From a virus, in the IMG/VR virus record IMGVR_UViG_3300020442_000006, positions 1 to 64,000 of that record: a stretch of DNA of 64,000 nucleotides; one strand, given 5' to 3'. Both the position numbers and the translations under genes were made by a program. Below the pieces are notes generated by a model. It saw nothing but the letters and a program-made list of their open reading frames with translations. It ran no database searches and was not told the origin of the DNA. How positions within the stretch are numbered: the first letter of the stretch is position 1; the number at the start of each line of letters is the position of its first letter. Shown in pieces: positions 1-9,700 of the stretch.

Positions 1-99
1 ATAGTTACGTCTGTAACCCCAAACCTCAATACCATCTTTCATCATACGACGAGACATACCCTCGCCCATACGACCCAGACCAATTAGTCCTACTCTCAT
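1..99 (-). CDS. gnd: 6-phosphogluconate dehydrogenase, 5' fragment (runs off the left edge)
   Basis: Hand-translated from ATG at 99: MRVGLIGLGRMGEGMSRRMMKDGIEVWGYRRNY. Has the GLIGLGRMG Rossmann motif. ATGA overlap with the PTOX stop. Not in the ORF track. Confidence 0.9.
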   Translation of the reverse strand, partial: MRVGLIGLGRMGEGMSRRMMKDGIEVWGYRRNY

Positions 100-605
100 T
101 GTAAAATTAACTCCATTGCATTATGTAGTTCCTTTGAATGATTGATTTCATCCTTCATAATCTCCTCTATCTTGGTATCCTGACCATCTACAAATGCCAG
201 ATACTTACGGTAAGTTTCAGCAGCGTGTAGTTCAATCAGGTACGAGAGGTGGTAGGCAGAAACAGGAAGCAACCAATAATAAACCACATTGATCCAATAA
301 TAGATAAGTACCAGATGTCTGGCAACAAAGCGATCAATCCAATAAGCATTACCACCCCTAGATTCCATATAAACAAGATGTTCTGTTTCATTGACTGACT
401 GTTCAAAGTGTTCTTTCATCAAGTAGAAGTGGGATTCTGTTCGAAGTCCTAGTGATTCTCTTAAATGTAGCACGCTCAAAAAAGCAAAATAGGGTGCCCG
501 AGCAATCTCCTCAAGCACCCAAAATCTTGGAAAGTGACGACCTCTGTAGAGGTAGTCTATAATTGTGATAGTAACGTCAAGCGTTATTTTGTTTAGAGTT
601 TTCAT
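96..605 (-). CDS. ptox: plastoquinol terminal oxidase (alternative oxidase family)
   Basis: RFWVLEEIARAPYFAFLSVLHLRESLG, NETEH, E..A.ETY and DEINH di-iron carboxylate motifs. Confidence 0.93.
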   Translation of the reverse strand: MKTLNKITLDVTITIIDYLYRGRHFPRFWVLEEIARAPYFAFLSVLHLRESLGLRTESHFYLMKEHFEQSVNETEHLVYMESRGGNAYWIDRFVARHLVLIYYWINVVYYWLLPVSAYHLSYLIELHAAETYRKYLAFVDGQDTKIEEIMKDEINHSKELHNAMELILQ

Positions 606-608
606 AAG

Positions 609-791
609 TCATTTCCAAACTCTCCGTGGAATAGCAGAACTTTGCCTACGTTCCATTTCGTTAATTAGATGACCGTATTCTCGGTACATCCTGTCGCCTG
701 CGATGAAGCAACGTTGACGCTTCCATAAAGCATCGATGATCAATTTGTAATCCTCTTGAGAGAGGATATTGTAAGCGGTGTCTTGTGACAT
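609..791 (-). CDS. conserved cyanophage hypothetical protein (60 aa)
   Basis: Tightly packed in the operon; IDALWKRQRCFIAGDRMY motif familiar from cyanophages. Confidence 0.7.
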   Translation of the reverse strand: MSQDTAYNILSQEDYKLIIDALWKRQRCFIAGDRMYREYGHLINEMERRQSSAIPRRVWK

Positions 792-802
792 AAGGTGTGG
801 GG

Positions 803-1144
803 TTACCCCATAATAGAAACGTCAATACCTAGGAAAGGTGCAATCTTACCAATTACTCTCAGAAAACCATCTACAAATGCTGCAAGGAACATAATTCCAA
901 GCACCATACTTACCATCGAGGCATTGCGGTTGTGACGCCGAATCTTTGCTTCGATCATTTCATCCACTTCATCACGTGTAGGATGTGATGGTAGGATTTC
1001 TTTGAAACGATGTGCCATAGGATCATCTCCGAGTTCAGGAATCCAATAATCTGCATCGAGATTTTCTTCATTCCAAAAATCTTCCCAATCTTTTTGAGAA
1101 TTAGTTACATCTTTTATAGATGGTTTGTCTGGTGTTTGAGTCAT
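803..1144 (-). CDS. hypothetical protein with C-terminal hydrophobic segment
   Basis: Start overlaps the petE stop; hydrophobic stretch MVSMVLGIMFLAAFVDGFL. Confidence 0.65.
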   Translation of the reverse strand: MTQTPDKPSIKDVTNSQKDWEDFWNEENLDADYWIPELGDDPMAHRFKEILPSHPTRDEVDEMIEAKIRRHNRNASMVSMVLGIMFLAAFVDGFLRVIGKIAPFLGIDVSIMG

Positions 1145-1467
1145 TAGGATACGTGAATTGTTCCAGTCATTCCTGCTCCTTTATGTGGACCACAAAAGAA
1201 TTCATAGTCACCAGGATCAGTGAATGTGATGTCCTGCGATTCACCAGGAGAGAACATAAGCGACTCTCTTGATAGATCTGCACGACCTTCTACAATGATA
1301 TTATGTGGAGGCAACATACCATTCACAAAGTGAACAGTATCACCTGCAGAGATATTAATCTCGTTAGGTTCGAAAACTAGGTTTCCGCCACTACCCATTG
1401 TTATATCAACAGCATAGACAGGGAGTGCCAAGAACATTGTAGCAATTAATGCAAAAATGAACTTCAT
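1144..1467 (-). CDS. petE: plastocyanin
   Basis: Signal peptide, PPHN and FFCGPHKGAGMTGTIHV type-1 copper ligands. Confidence 0.97.
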   Translation of the reverse strand: MKFIFALIATMFLALPVYAVDITMGSGGNLVFEPNEINISAGDTVHFVNGMLPPHNIIVEGRADLSRESLMFSPGESQDITFTDPGDYEFFCGPHKGAGMTGTIHVS

Positions 1468-1525
1468 ATAGTGTTTATCAACTACTGGTATTTACACCAG
1501 TACACGACTGTGTAAACACAGTCTG

Positions 1526-1780
1526 TCAGGGATTCCTGTCCTTAATTTGACTAAGTGCTCCGTCAATAAAACCACGTCGATATTCCCACGTATCACCGCC
1601 TGTTTTCCCTCTGCTAGGGTTAATACATTTGGTGTAGTCTGGGTCTGTTGTATCTATATTATTGCACACTAATCCTGCCAAGTCTAGTTCATTACCTTCA
1701 GCACCTGTACCAGTCCAACGGTGTTGACCGTTCAACCAAGTAGCGCCACATTTTTCGCAGACTCTTTGCTCGAATTGCAT
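1526..1780 (-). CDS. hypothetical Cys-containing protein (CEKC motif)
   Basis: 84-aa ORF directly downstream of a sigma70-like promoter. Confidence 0.7.
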   Translation of the reverse strand: MQFEQRVCEKCGATWLNGQHRWTGTGAEGNELDLAGLVCNNIDTTDPDYTKCINPSRGKTGGDTWEYRRGFIDGALSQIKDRNP

Positions 1781-1807
1781 AAAGTCATCTCCAAAGGTTA
1801 CTAGAAG

Positions 1808-1836
1808 AATTTAGGGTAGAATATTATATATGTCAA
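1808..1836 (-). promoter_or_regulatory. host-like sigma70 promoter upstream of the petE-PTOX-gnd run
   Basis: Minus strand TTGACA (1836-1831), 17 nt, TAAATT (1813-1808); an overlapping TTCGCA-N17-TATAAT (1851-1823) is also present. Confidence 0.6.
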
Positions 1837-1910
1837 GAAACTCTTTGCGAAATGATCAGTCACCTTTAGGTGAAACTTTGCTCTACCTATCGGTTTCTGT
1901 CTCTCGTCCA

Positions 1911-2444
1911 TTAGCACTTCCACTTGCGTAATGCTAACGCTTTTCTTGTTGGTTTTCCTTTATCATCTTTCATTGGTCCTTTCATTCCACCCATACGAGC
2001 ACAGAATGATCTCTTTCTAGGACCGCCTTCTGGTTGTGGTGCTTTGAGATCTGAACCAGGATTCTCTCTTTCATAGGACTTGCGTCCTTTCTCGTTCAGT
2101 CCACCACTAGGATTCTTGCCTTCCTTTCTTTGCCAAGCACTTTCTTTTACGTCCTTGTCCTGTAGGAATGAAACAGGAGATTTTTCTGGTTTCTTTTTCT
2201 TCTTATCCTTAACGCCAAGTGCTGCCTTAGCAACCTTGCCTGCTGAATAAGGATCGTCTTTCTGTTTATTTTTCTTAGTATCTCTAATGATTTCTCTCAT
2301 CTTCAATGCGTGAGAGATCTTTCTTCTTCTGGATGGTCTACCCAAAGGAGGATTAGTTTTGTCGATTGCTCGCGCTACAGTGAGTCCCACACCTTCTTCG
2401 ATGGGGTCATCTTTGGTTTCGTGAAACTCTCTGAATGATTTCAT
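1911..2444 (-). CDS. Lys/Arg-rich protein with DUF6321-like C-terminal domain; putative capsid-internal protein
   Basis: N-terminus MKSFREFHE resembles the T4 capsid-targeting sequence; C-terminal AWQRKEGKNPSGGLNEKGR...RSFCARMGGM...ALRKWKC. Confidence 0.75.
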   Translation of the reverse strand: MKSFREFHETKDDPIEEGVGLTVARAIDKTNPPLGRPSRRRKISHALKMREIIRDTKKNKQKDDPYSAGKVAKAALGVKDKKKKKPEKSPVSFLQDKDVKESAWQRKEGKNPSGGLNEKGRKSYERENPGSDLKAPQPEGGPRKRSFCARMGGMKGPMKDDKGKPTRKALALRKWKC

Positions 2445-2584
2445 TTTTCCTTGTTGTTCTTAGGGTTAGATGCACAATTTAGTTCGTGCTTTTCGATCCA
2501 AGTTTTAGGACGCCAATGTCCTTGAGGTGAAGTGAGTTCACAATACTGGCATACCCACTGTCCGTTTTCGTTTTGATTAGCCAT
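2441..2584 (-). CDS. small protein with CxxC...H...C motif (47 aa; start moved to 2584)
   Basis: MANQNENGQWVCQYCELTSPQGHWRPKTWIEKHELNC...; a start at 2584 avoids an 80-nt overlap and sits 8 nt inside the upstream stop region. Confidence 0.55.
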   Translation of the reverse strand: MANQNENGQWVCQYCELTSPQGHWRPKTWIEKHELNCASNPKNNKEK

Positions 2585-3266
2585 AATGAAACTTTCTGTC
2601 CTTAGTTTTAGATGGAAGTTTGCCTGAACGCACCTTAGTGGATGATGTTTCACCATATCCTGCAGGGTGCTTTCCTGCTTTTGTTTTACCGATGGTTTCA
2701 GACTTTGCCTTACTTCCTTTCTCGGTTGTATGAAGTTTTGCGGGTTTGTCTTTGTCTTTAGTAATCACAGATTCTTGTCCGTGCTTACGACCAAGACGAC
2801 GCATCACTTTGCCGAACCTACGTTTCGACATCTTATCAGGTTTGGAAGTGTGGTATGAAACCTCACGACCTGTCTCGCCAGAATCGTACTTGTATTCTCC
2901 TACACCTTTCTTGTGACCAATACCGTGCTTCTTAAGGTCTTTTTCAAGTCCTTTTCTTTTACCACGGTTCTCCTTTTCAGAAGATCCACGGTCAGCACTG
3001 ATATGTCCAGTCACTTTGGTGTTGGACTTTTGCATAGCACGAGCGATACCACCCTCAGAGATAAACTCTCCGAAACTTAGTATAGCATACGATTGGGTCT
3101 GTAGTGTCATATCGGTAGTCCCTTTGTTCTGAACTGATTTTCTCTGGAGTTGCAACTTCCTAAGATTGATCATAAGTTGTCTGCGGTCTAGAAGTTGCTT
3201 GGTCTTCTTGATCGCTTGATCCTTAGGATTGATCTTAGTTTTTTGAGGTGCTTCTGCTTTCTCCAT
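2577..3266 (-). CDS. basic hypothetical protein; putative capsid-internal protein
   Basis: Internal LSFGEFISE/G motif; GHISADRG...LEKDLKKHGIG...LGRKHGQESVI domain; very Lys-rich. Confidence 0.7.
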   Translation of the reverse strand: MEKAEAPQKTKINPKDQAIKKTKQLLDRRQLMINLRKLQLQRKSVQNKGTTDMTLQTQSYAILSFGEFISEGGIARAMQKSNTKVTGHISADRGSSEKENRGKRKGLEKDLKKHGIGHKKGVGEYKYDSGETGREVSYHTSKPDKMSKRRFGKVMRRLGRKHGQESVITKDKDKPAKLHTTEKGSKAKSETIGKTKAGKHPAGYGETSSTKVRSGKLPSKTKDRKFHYG

Positions 3267-3268
3267 TC

Positions 3269-3820
3269 TTAACCACCAACGATTTGTACTTGTTCGACAA
3301 TGACGTTAGCAGAACCTGCTGTGAGTTTCACAGTTCTCTGGATTTGAGGAACTGTGTTTGCAACGATGTCTGCATCACTCAAGGTATATGCAGAACCTGC
3401 ACCAGATGCATCAATATCTGTTGTGATAGTCAGGTCAGTCACAGCAGTTACTTTCTTACCTGCTGATGCAGCAGACTCAAAGTCGGAACCAAAACCGTCT
3501 GTGTCTCCACCATCAACTGTTTGAATATAATCTCCAACAGCAAAAGTATGTCTTCCTCCTGCTCCTGAACCGACGCCCGCCCCACCAACGCTGAATACAG
3601 AACCGTTCGCGTTAGTCGCAGCGTGGACACTAACGTTCTTTGACTTTCCACAGGAAAGAAGAATTGCTTCGCCTGCTGCTAATGTAATAGCAGGACCCGC
3701 ACCGAACTGGATAGAAGAAGCACTAGCAGCATATGCCCGTACAACACCAGTTTTGACGACAATATAAGCGGTACCTGATCCACTCACTGTCGTAGTATCT
3801 AATACATTTAATACAGACAT
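3269..3820 (-). CDS. hypothetical virion-type beta-rich protein
   Basis: Gly/Ala/Thr/Ser-rich 183-aa ORF behind a late-promoter motif. Confidence 0.7.
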   Translation of the reverse strand: MSVLNVLDTTTVSGSGTAYIVVKTGVVRAYAASASSIQFGAGPAITLAAGEAILLSCGKSKNVSVHAATNANGSVFSVGGAGVGSGAGGRHTFAVGDYIQTVDGGDTDGFGSDFESAASAGKKVTAVTDLTITTDIDASGAGSAYTLSDADIVANTVPQIQRTVKLTAGSANVIVEQVQIVGG

Positions 3821-3843
3821 CGACTTGGTAATACTTGTTTTTA

Positions 3844-4290
3844 CTATTTATCAGATTTCTGTTGCTTCAGGAACTTGGCGAGTTCCGCTGTTGAACCAAC
3901 AAACATCGTATTGTTTGTAACGTTTTGTGCTGCCTTGCCCTGTGGACCGTTCTCAATCTCCATCATTTTCTTGTGAAGGTCTGCCAATTTATCCGCAGTG
4001 TCAGCAACGTTCTTAATTAAATTACCTGCAACTTCGTATGCTCTAGGTGAGTCAGACTCTTGTGCTAATTCAAGAATACCATCAACTGCCTCCTGACCTT
4101 TCTCGATCAGAGAGTAGAAGTTTCCACGAGAATATTCATAGTCTTTAATCTGTTGATCAGTGACATTTGGTACGATTGCTTTCTTTTGTGGTTGACCTGG
4201 TTTGACCAGAGATGTTTCCACATCAAGGGCATCTTCAATACCGTCGTATTTACTCGTCGTTTCCTGTGACTGGGTTTCTTGATTTTCCAT
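3844..4290 (-). CDS. g16: terminase small subunit gp16 (start uncertain: 4332, 4290 or 4257)
   Basis: DYEYSRGNFYSLIEKGQEAVDGILELAQESDSPRAYEVAGNLIK...NNTMFVGSTAEL; follows g15. Confidence 0.9.
   Translation of the reverse strand: MENQETQSQETTSKYDGIEDALDVETSLVKPGQPQKKAIVPNVTDQQIKDYEYSRGNFYSLIEKGQEAVDGILELAQESDSPRAYEVAGNLIKNVADTADKLADLHKKMMEIENGPQGKAAQNVTNNTMFVGSTAELAKFLKQQKSDK
3845..3852 (-). promoter_or_regulatory. T4-type late promoter (GATAAATA)
   Basis: NATAAATA overlapping the g16 stop, 25 nt upstream of the next ATG. Confidence 0.6.
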
Positions 4291-5047
4291 CTGAGAATTC
4301 ACTATAGAGTTCATTAAATCCGAAGTTATCATCAGGATCAGCAGTAAGAGGATCAGGTTGAACTGTGTACCTCATCTCACGTGCAGCAGTACGTTTGCTG
4401 TCTGCAGCGGTATCCACGATCGCTTTCTTGATAAGTTTATCGGTAACGTCAGAGACAGGACCGTAAACATATGTTTTAGCAGAGAACGATAATGTATAAA
4501 TCAGAGTTCTACGTGTGGTGTAATCACCTTCGTAGTCATCTTCATAAACTACTGAGTTCAGTGTAACTGGGAAGTCCTTAGACTCACCGATTGCTTCCTG
4601 AAGATTCAGGGTGATGTTAAACATCGGTTGAAAGAATGGCAGGATCTGTTCAAGAATCTGTAAACCATCATCTTGGTTCTTTGCCATAATCGCTAATTCA
4701 AAGTCCACATTGTATGGGACTGGCATAAACGATTTCCTAGTTTTACTATCACTACCTGTATAACGAATCACCTGTGTTGGTGATACCTTTCTGGTAGCAT
4801 CATAAGCAAATCCAGAGATCTCAAAAGAGATTCTAGGTAGTGTAATCTGAACAGCATCTTTAGTTGTCAGATCTCCTACTTGCTTAAGACGTGCAAGGAA
4901 CTTATCTTTAGGACCATATGCCAAGGGTACTTTCATAACCTCAGTTCTAGAACCTTCAGTACGTTTGATTTCAATATTATTGAACAGCGTACCGAAAGCA
5001 ATAACAGTCTTTCTAAAGATTTCGTTGTAAGAATACGTTCCTAACAT
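4250..5047 (-). CDS. g15: tail sheath stabiliser / tail terminator gp15
   Basis: IAFGTLFNNIEI, VPLAYGPKDKFLARL, LPRISFE, PVPYN, QILEQILPFFQP. Confidence 0.95.
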   Translation of the reverse strand: MLGTYSYNEIFRKTVIAFGTLFNNIEIKRTEGSRTEVMKVPLAYGPKDKFLARLKQVGDLTTKDAVQITLPRISFEISGFAYDATRKVSPTQVIRYTGSDSKTRKSFMPVPYNVDFELAIMAKNQDDGLQILEQILPFFQPMFNITLNLQEAIGESKDFPVTLNSVVYEDDYEGDYTTRRTLIYTLSFSAKTYVYGPVSDVTDKLIKKAIVDTAADSKRTAAREMRYTVQPDPLTADPDDNFGFNELYSEFSDGKSRNPVTGNDE

Positions 5048-5913
5048 TAACTAGCACCTCCAATTTCACCAAAGGGATTGCCTTGACTGAAGTCAATGAT
5101 AGCGTCCCCAAGGGTCTCAAAGTCAGCGTTCGCATCAAACTCTGAGTTCGTATTATTTAGTGTATTGTAACTTGCAGTAGTCCAGGCAGCACCTGAAGTT
5201 TGACCAGTTACTGTTTCAGGAATGGTGAAAATACCAGACCTGTTATACACTTGCAGTTGTCTGTTGGTAGAATCCCAAGACTTAACTTCGGCAGTAACAT
5301 TAGAGGTACCACCTGCGATTTCCTCACCAACTGTGAATGTACCAGTACCGCCAGTAGCGAAGTTGACGGTAATGGTTTGTGCAAGGTTTCTCTCGATAAC
5401 ATCGATTTCTTCGACGCCAGTATCGAGATCCTCTCCGCTGTATTCGAAGAGTTCACACTTGAGACCCCATACGTGGATCTTATTTAATTGATAGAATGGT
5501 TGCTCGTGCTCAACATACTGAATAGAAAATAGTTTGTTAGCAAGAGGGAAGTAAACCAAATCTCCTTCGTTTGGTCTACCTTCTACAACCAGAGTTGTAT
5601 TATCATCTACTAAATCTTGAAATCTTTTACGTGCAATAACAAAGTTAACTTGGTCAGCAATCCTTACACCAAACTTACTGAACAGATCTCCATCTCCACC
5701 GAACCCTTGTACGTTTTCTAAGTACGCTTCTATTTGATATGCAGAGTCAAATGAGTTCAATGAATCTTCTCCAAGGACTGTATCCTCAGAAACTAGAGTT
5801 CTAGGGATGTAGTAAACCTCTACCCCGAACATTTTAATTTGTTCTACGACAAGATCTTCAACGAGTTGTTGCTCGCCGCTTGTCCCTTGTGTGAAAAAAG
5901 AATTTAATGGCAT
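5047..5913 (-). CDS. g14: neck protein gp14 with an inserted beta-module
   Basis: LVVEQIKMFG.EVYYIPR, RPNEGDL.YFPL..KLF.I.YVEHE.PFYQL, CELFEYSGE. Confidence 0.95.
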   Translation of the reverse strand: MPLNSFFTQGTSGEQQLVEDLVVEQIKMFGVEVYYIPRTLVSEDTVLGEDSLNSFDSAYQIEAYLENVQGFGGDGDLFSKFGVRIADQVNFVIARKRFQDLVDDNTTLVVEGRPNEGDLVYFPLANKLFSIQYVEHEQPFYQLNKIHVWGLKCELFEYSGEDLDTGVEEIDVIERNLAQTITVNFATGGTGTFTVGEEIAGGTSNVTAEVKSWDSTNRQLQVYNRSGIFTIPETVTGQTSGAAWTTASYNTLNNTNSEFDANADFETLGDAIIDFSQGNPFGEIGGAS

Positions 5914-6707
5914 TACCCTATCATATCTAGAGGTGGCATTTCGTATGTGGTACGGAGAGTTTCTTCTAGTTGTTCTAGTTCAGTAACCGCATCACTATAG
6001 ATTTTTTCTCCGTTCAAGGTGACACCACCAGGAAGTTGCACGTTTTGGAACTTCGTAAGGTTGGTACCCCAGTATTTTTTAATCATTGCAGTTGCATAAT
6101 CTTTCACCCAAATAGTTCCATAAATCTTGCTCCAATTTGCAGGATCAAGAGCACGAACACAGTCAATGATAACGTACCCACCATCAACAACATCAGTCTT
6201 TGCATCGAAGTCAATATAAAGACGACCTTGAGTGGCATTGAACCTAGTTGGTTTCATACCTTCTAACAAGAAGTTAATGGTTTCAAGGTGTGTCTGAATC
6301 ATATAGTAGTGATAGAACTGTGTTGATGTAAAATCAAACAGATCATTCAATCTCATTTGATAACGAATATCAAACATATTGCGAGTACCTTTATCAGTGA
6401 AGGTGAAGATACCGTTCACTGAAGAAATGTGTTCTGGCAATGTCAAATAATTATTCTGTGTCTTAAAATCTGTAGTACCTACAGTCTCTGTAGTATCTGA
6501 TTGGAATGCAGTAATCTCATCAGCAGTAAACTGATGCTTTAGATATACCCTTTCCGATCCACCATAATGAAATTCCTGAAACTTCTCGATTGTATAATCG
6601 ATAGAATCATCAATCTGATCGTCCGATACGTTAACCTCCAAGACTGGTTTGCCCAGTCTACGGAGCGCATACTCTTTGAGTTCTGCTTTGGATGTAGGAT
6701 TTGCCAT
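5913..6707 (-). CDS. g13: neck protein gp13
   Basis: ELKEYALRRLGKPVLEVNVSDDQIDD, WVKDYATAMIK..WG.NL.KF...QLPGGVTLNG. Confidence 0.95.
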   Translation of the reverse strand: MANPTSKAELKEYALRRLGKPVLEVNVSDDQIDDSIDYTIEKFQEFHYGGSERVYLKHQFTADEITAFQSDTTETVGTTDFKTQNNYLTLPEHISSVNGIFTFTDKGTRNMFDIRYQMRLNDLFDFTSTQFYHYYMIQTHLETINFLLEGMKPTRFNATQGRLYIDFDAKTDVVDGGYVIIDCVRALDPANWSKIYGTIWVKDYATAMIKKYWGTNLTKFQNVQLPGGVTLNGEKIYSDAVTELEQLEETLRTTYEMPPLDMIG

Positions 6708-6711
6708 TTAA

Positions 6712-9700
6712 TTAACTTCTAGCGAGTGCGAGTAGTGCAGTCTTAAGTTGTGCGACTGTAGTGATAGAGTTGTCATTACCAATCGCAACTAACTGAGTAT
6801 AGATGTCATCAATATCAGTATCGTTAGCGTCTGCCTTTGTACCCTGTGCAGCAGTTGCATAAGCAGTGCTGTCAGTAGCAGCGGCAGTACCAAGAGTAGG
6901 TTTGCCAGTCAAGGCAGAGTATGCTCCAGAGAAGAGCGTAGGTAGATTAGACAGATCGTTGTAAGATCCGCTAGTTGCTACAGTTGCCAAGTCACCAGGT
7001 TGTGTGGCAGAATCAGCAAGCGTACCTTGTGCAGCAGTTGCATATGCAGTGCTGTTAGTGGTAGCAGCAGATCCAAGACCCAAAGCGGTGATTGCTGCTG
7101 AAGCACGGGCATCAGCACGAGCATCTGTGTAGTAGAGGTTAGTTCCCTCTGACAGATCGCTAGTAGACTGATTACTAATATCAAGGTTTGCACCAACTTG
7201 AAGTGCAATGCGAGCATCAGCACGAGCGTTGGTGTAATAGAGGTTGGTGCCCTCTGCAAGATCAGCAGTGTCTTTAGTTGCTAACTGGGTATCAAACCTA
7301 GCATTGGTGTAGAAGATATTTGTTGAACCTTCAGTAATATTGTCAGTGTTAATATCTGACTGAGTAACTGAGATAGTTCCTGCACCGTTATGTTCGATAC
7401 CAGTTCCATATGTGAAATGTGATCTGGTTCTAGCAGCAGTAGTAAAGAGATTTGTAGATCCCTCTGTGATGTTGTCAGTATTGATGTCTGCCTGAGTAGC
7501 ACTCAAGGTCAACATATTACCTGAATCATCATAGGTAGCAGTAATACCTGTACCACCGTTGATTAGGTTTGCAACTCGATCATCAACTCTCTCATTTGTA
7601 AAGTAAAGATTGGTACCTTCAGCAAGAGCAGTGGTTGTGTGGTTCGCGATAGAACCAACCTGTGACTGACCGAATGTAATATTACCCGTGATATTCAAGT
7701 TACCCTGAACTTCGAAGTTCGTTGTAGAAACGAAGTTAGTAACACTCAGAGTGTTAGAGAATGGGTTGTATGTGAGGTTGGCAGAGTCAACAAACATTCC
7801 CGTGTGCCCTGTGTTAGAGGAAGAGAATGTTGGGTAGAATGTAGTATTATTATTTGTATTGTTAACGTCAATATTGTTAGCGTTTGTTGCAGTTCCTGTA
7901 ACATCACCAGTCAAGTTACCTGTGATCTGACCAGTTACATTCAAGGTGTTGCCCATTGTGACAGCATCAGTGAATGCACCAGTACCTGATGTAGTCAGGT
8001 TACCTGCCATAGTAACGTGTCCAGTTGTGGACTCAAGAGTAATCTTGTCCTGACTGTTACCATTCTGAAGTTTCAGTGTCTTAGAAGCACCACGAAGGAT
8101 AACGTCATCTTTCAACAGTGAAGTGCTGTTGTTTACAAGAGCAGCATTCAGTGTAGTTCCACCATCAACATTCAGTGTGCTGTCAAAGTCAACTGCCTGA
8201 GTCACATTCAATGTGTCATCAATAACAGTTGCACCAAGAACATCAAGTGAACCATCGATGTCAGTGTTACCGTTGGAAGAGTTAACGTTGAACTTGTTAT
8301 TACCAATAGCAAGGTTACCACCGATCGTTACGGTAGACTGAAGATCAGCAACACCTGAAGCGGTGACAGTTGCGATCGTGGTATTACCAGTAACTCCCAA
8401 GTTACCACCGATTGCAGTAGTACCTGTAGGACCGTCAACAGTGAATGCACCACCACCAACGTCTAGGTCATCACCAATGTATGCCTTCTTGGATACTGCT
8501 AATCCACCTGCTGTGAAAATTGAAGCGACATTGCTAGATGAACTGACTGCATCTGCATTGTTATTGAATCTTGCCTTTTCTGAATAAGTCTGAATGCCTG
8601 CATAACTTACAGTCCCGTCGATAACAGAATTGCCATAGATGCGAACATCATTTGAAACGACAAGATTCTGTCCAATGGAAGCACCACCTGTTACTCTAAG
8701 AGCACCATCGCCAGTATAATTACCTGTTGTGGTTGCCGATCCATTGTTGGTGAGGGAAACAATACCAGTAGCACCAAACGTATTAGTGACGTTCGTTGCA
8801 CCATCAACATCTAACGTGCCCCCAATGGTTGTATTGGATGTCACTGCAAGGGTGCTAGAAAGCGTTGTAGCGTTCGTAACCCCTAAAGTACCACCAATAG
8901 TGGTGTTACTGCTTACCGCCAGTGTAGAGGACAGTGTGGCAGCACCAGAGGATCCGAATGTACCTGCTACTTGTGTATTACCTGTTCCTGCATCTACTGT
9001 AAACTTGTTATTATTAACTGCAAGATCGTCAGTAACATCAAATGTTCCTGTTACTGAAAGGTTACCGCCGAAGGACCCATCGTCTGTGACAATGAGATCA
9101 TCGCCGACATAAAGATCCAGACCGATGCCTGCACCACCGCCAACGATAAGAGCACCAGACCCTGAGTTAGACGCATTGGTTGTATCGAATAGTTTGATTG
9201 ATCCTGCATCGATACCTGATCTTGTTCCTGCGAATGCTTCACTTGAGTTTGTTGCGTTGTGATAAAGAGCAAATCTTGAGGCAGAATTGTCCCACCCGAA
9301 GAATCCAAGTTTAGCAGATCCATCGTAGTATCTGAACTCAACACCACGATCCTTAGCATCTGATGATTGAGGAGCAGTATCTCCACCCAGTGTGATAACT
9401 GGATCATCAAGTTGTGTTGTGGTTGAGTTAACAGTTGTTGTAGTTCCGTTAACAGTCAAGTTACCTTCGATCAAGGTATTTGTATTGACTGTCAAGTCAC
9501 CATCAATAGTTACATTGTCAGTGAACTGAGAAACTGCATTGACTGTAAGAGTGTCAGAGTTCTGGTTACCAACCGTTGTGTTACCATTGATTGCAACATT
9601 ACGATTAAATGTACCGTCACCGTGAACAGTTAGAGTACCTGCAGTTGATGAACCCTGTCCAGTTCTACCAATCTCAGTGTTACCTGATTCACCAAGTACA

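Noticed and set aside
803-1144. Possible fusion of two small ORFs (internal MAHRFKEILP start)
   Set aside because: Cannot be supported without homolog alignments; kept as one CDS.
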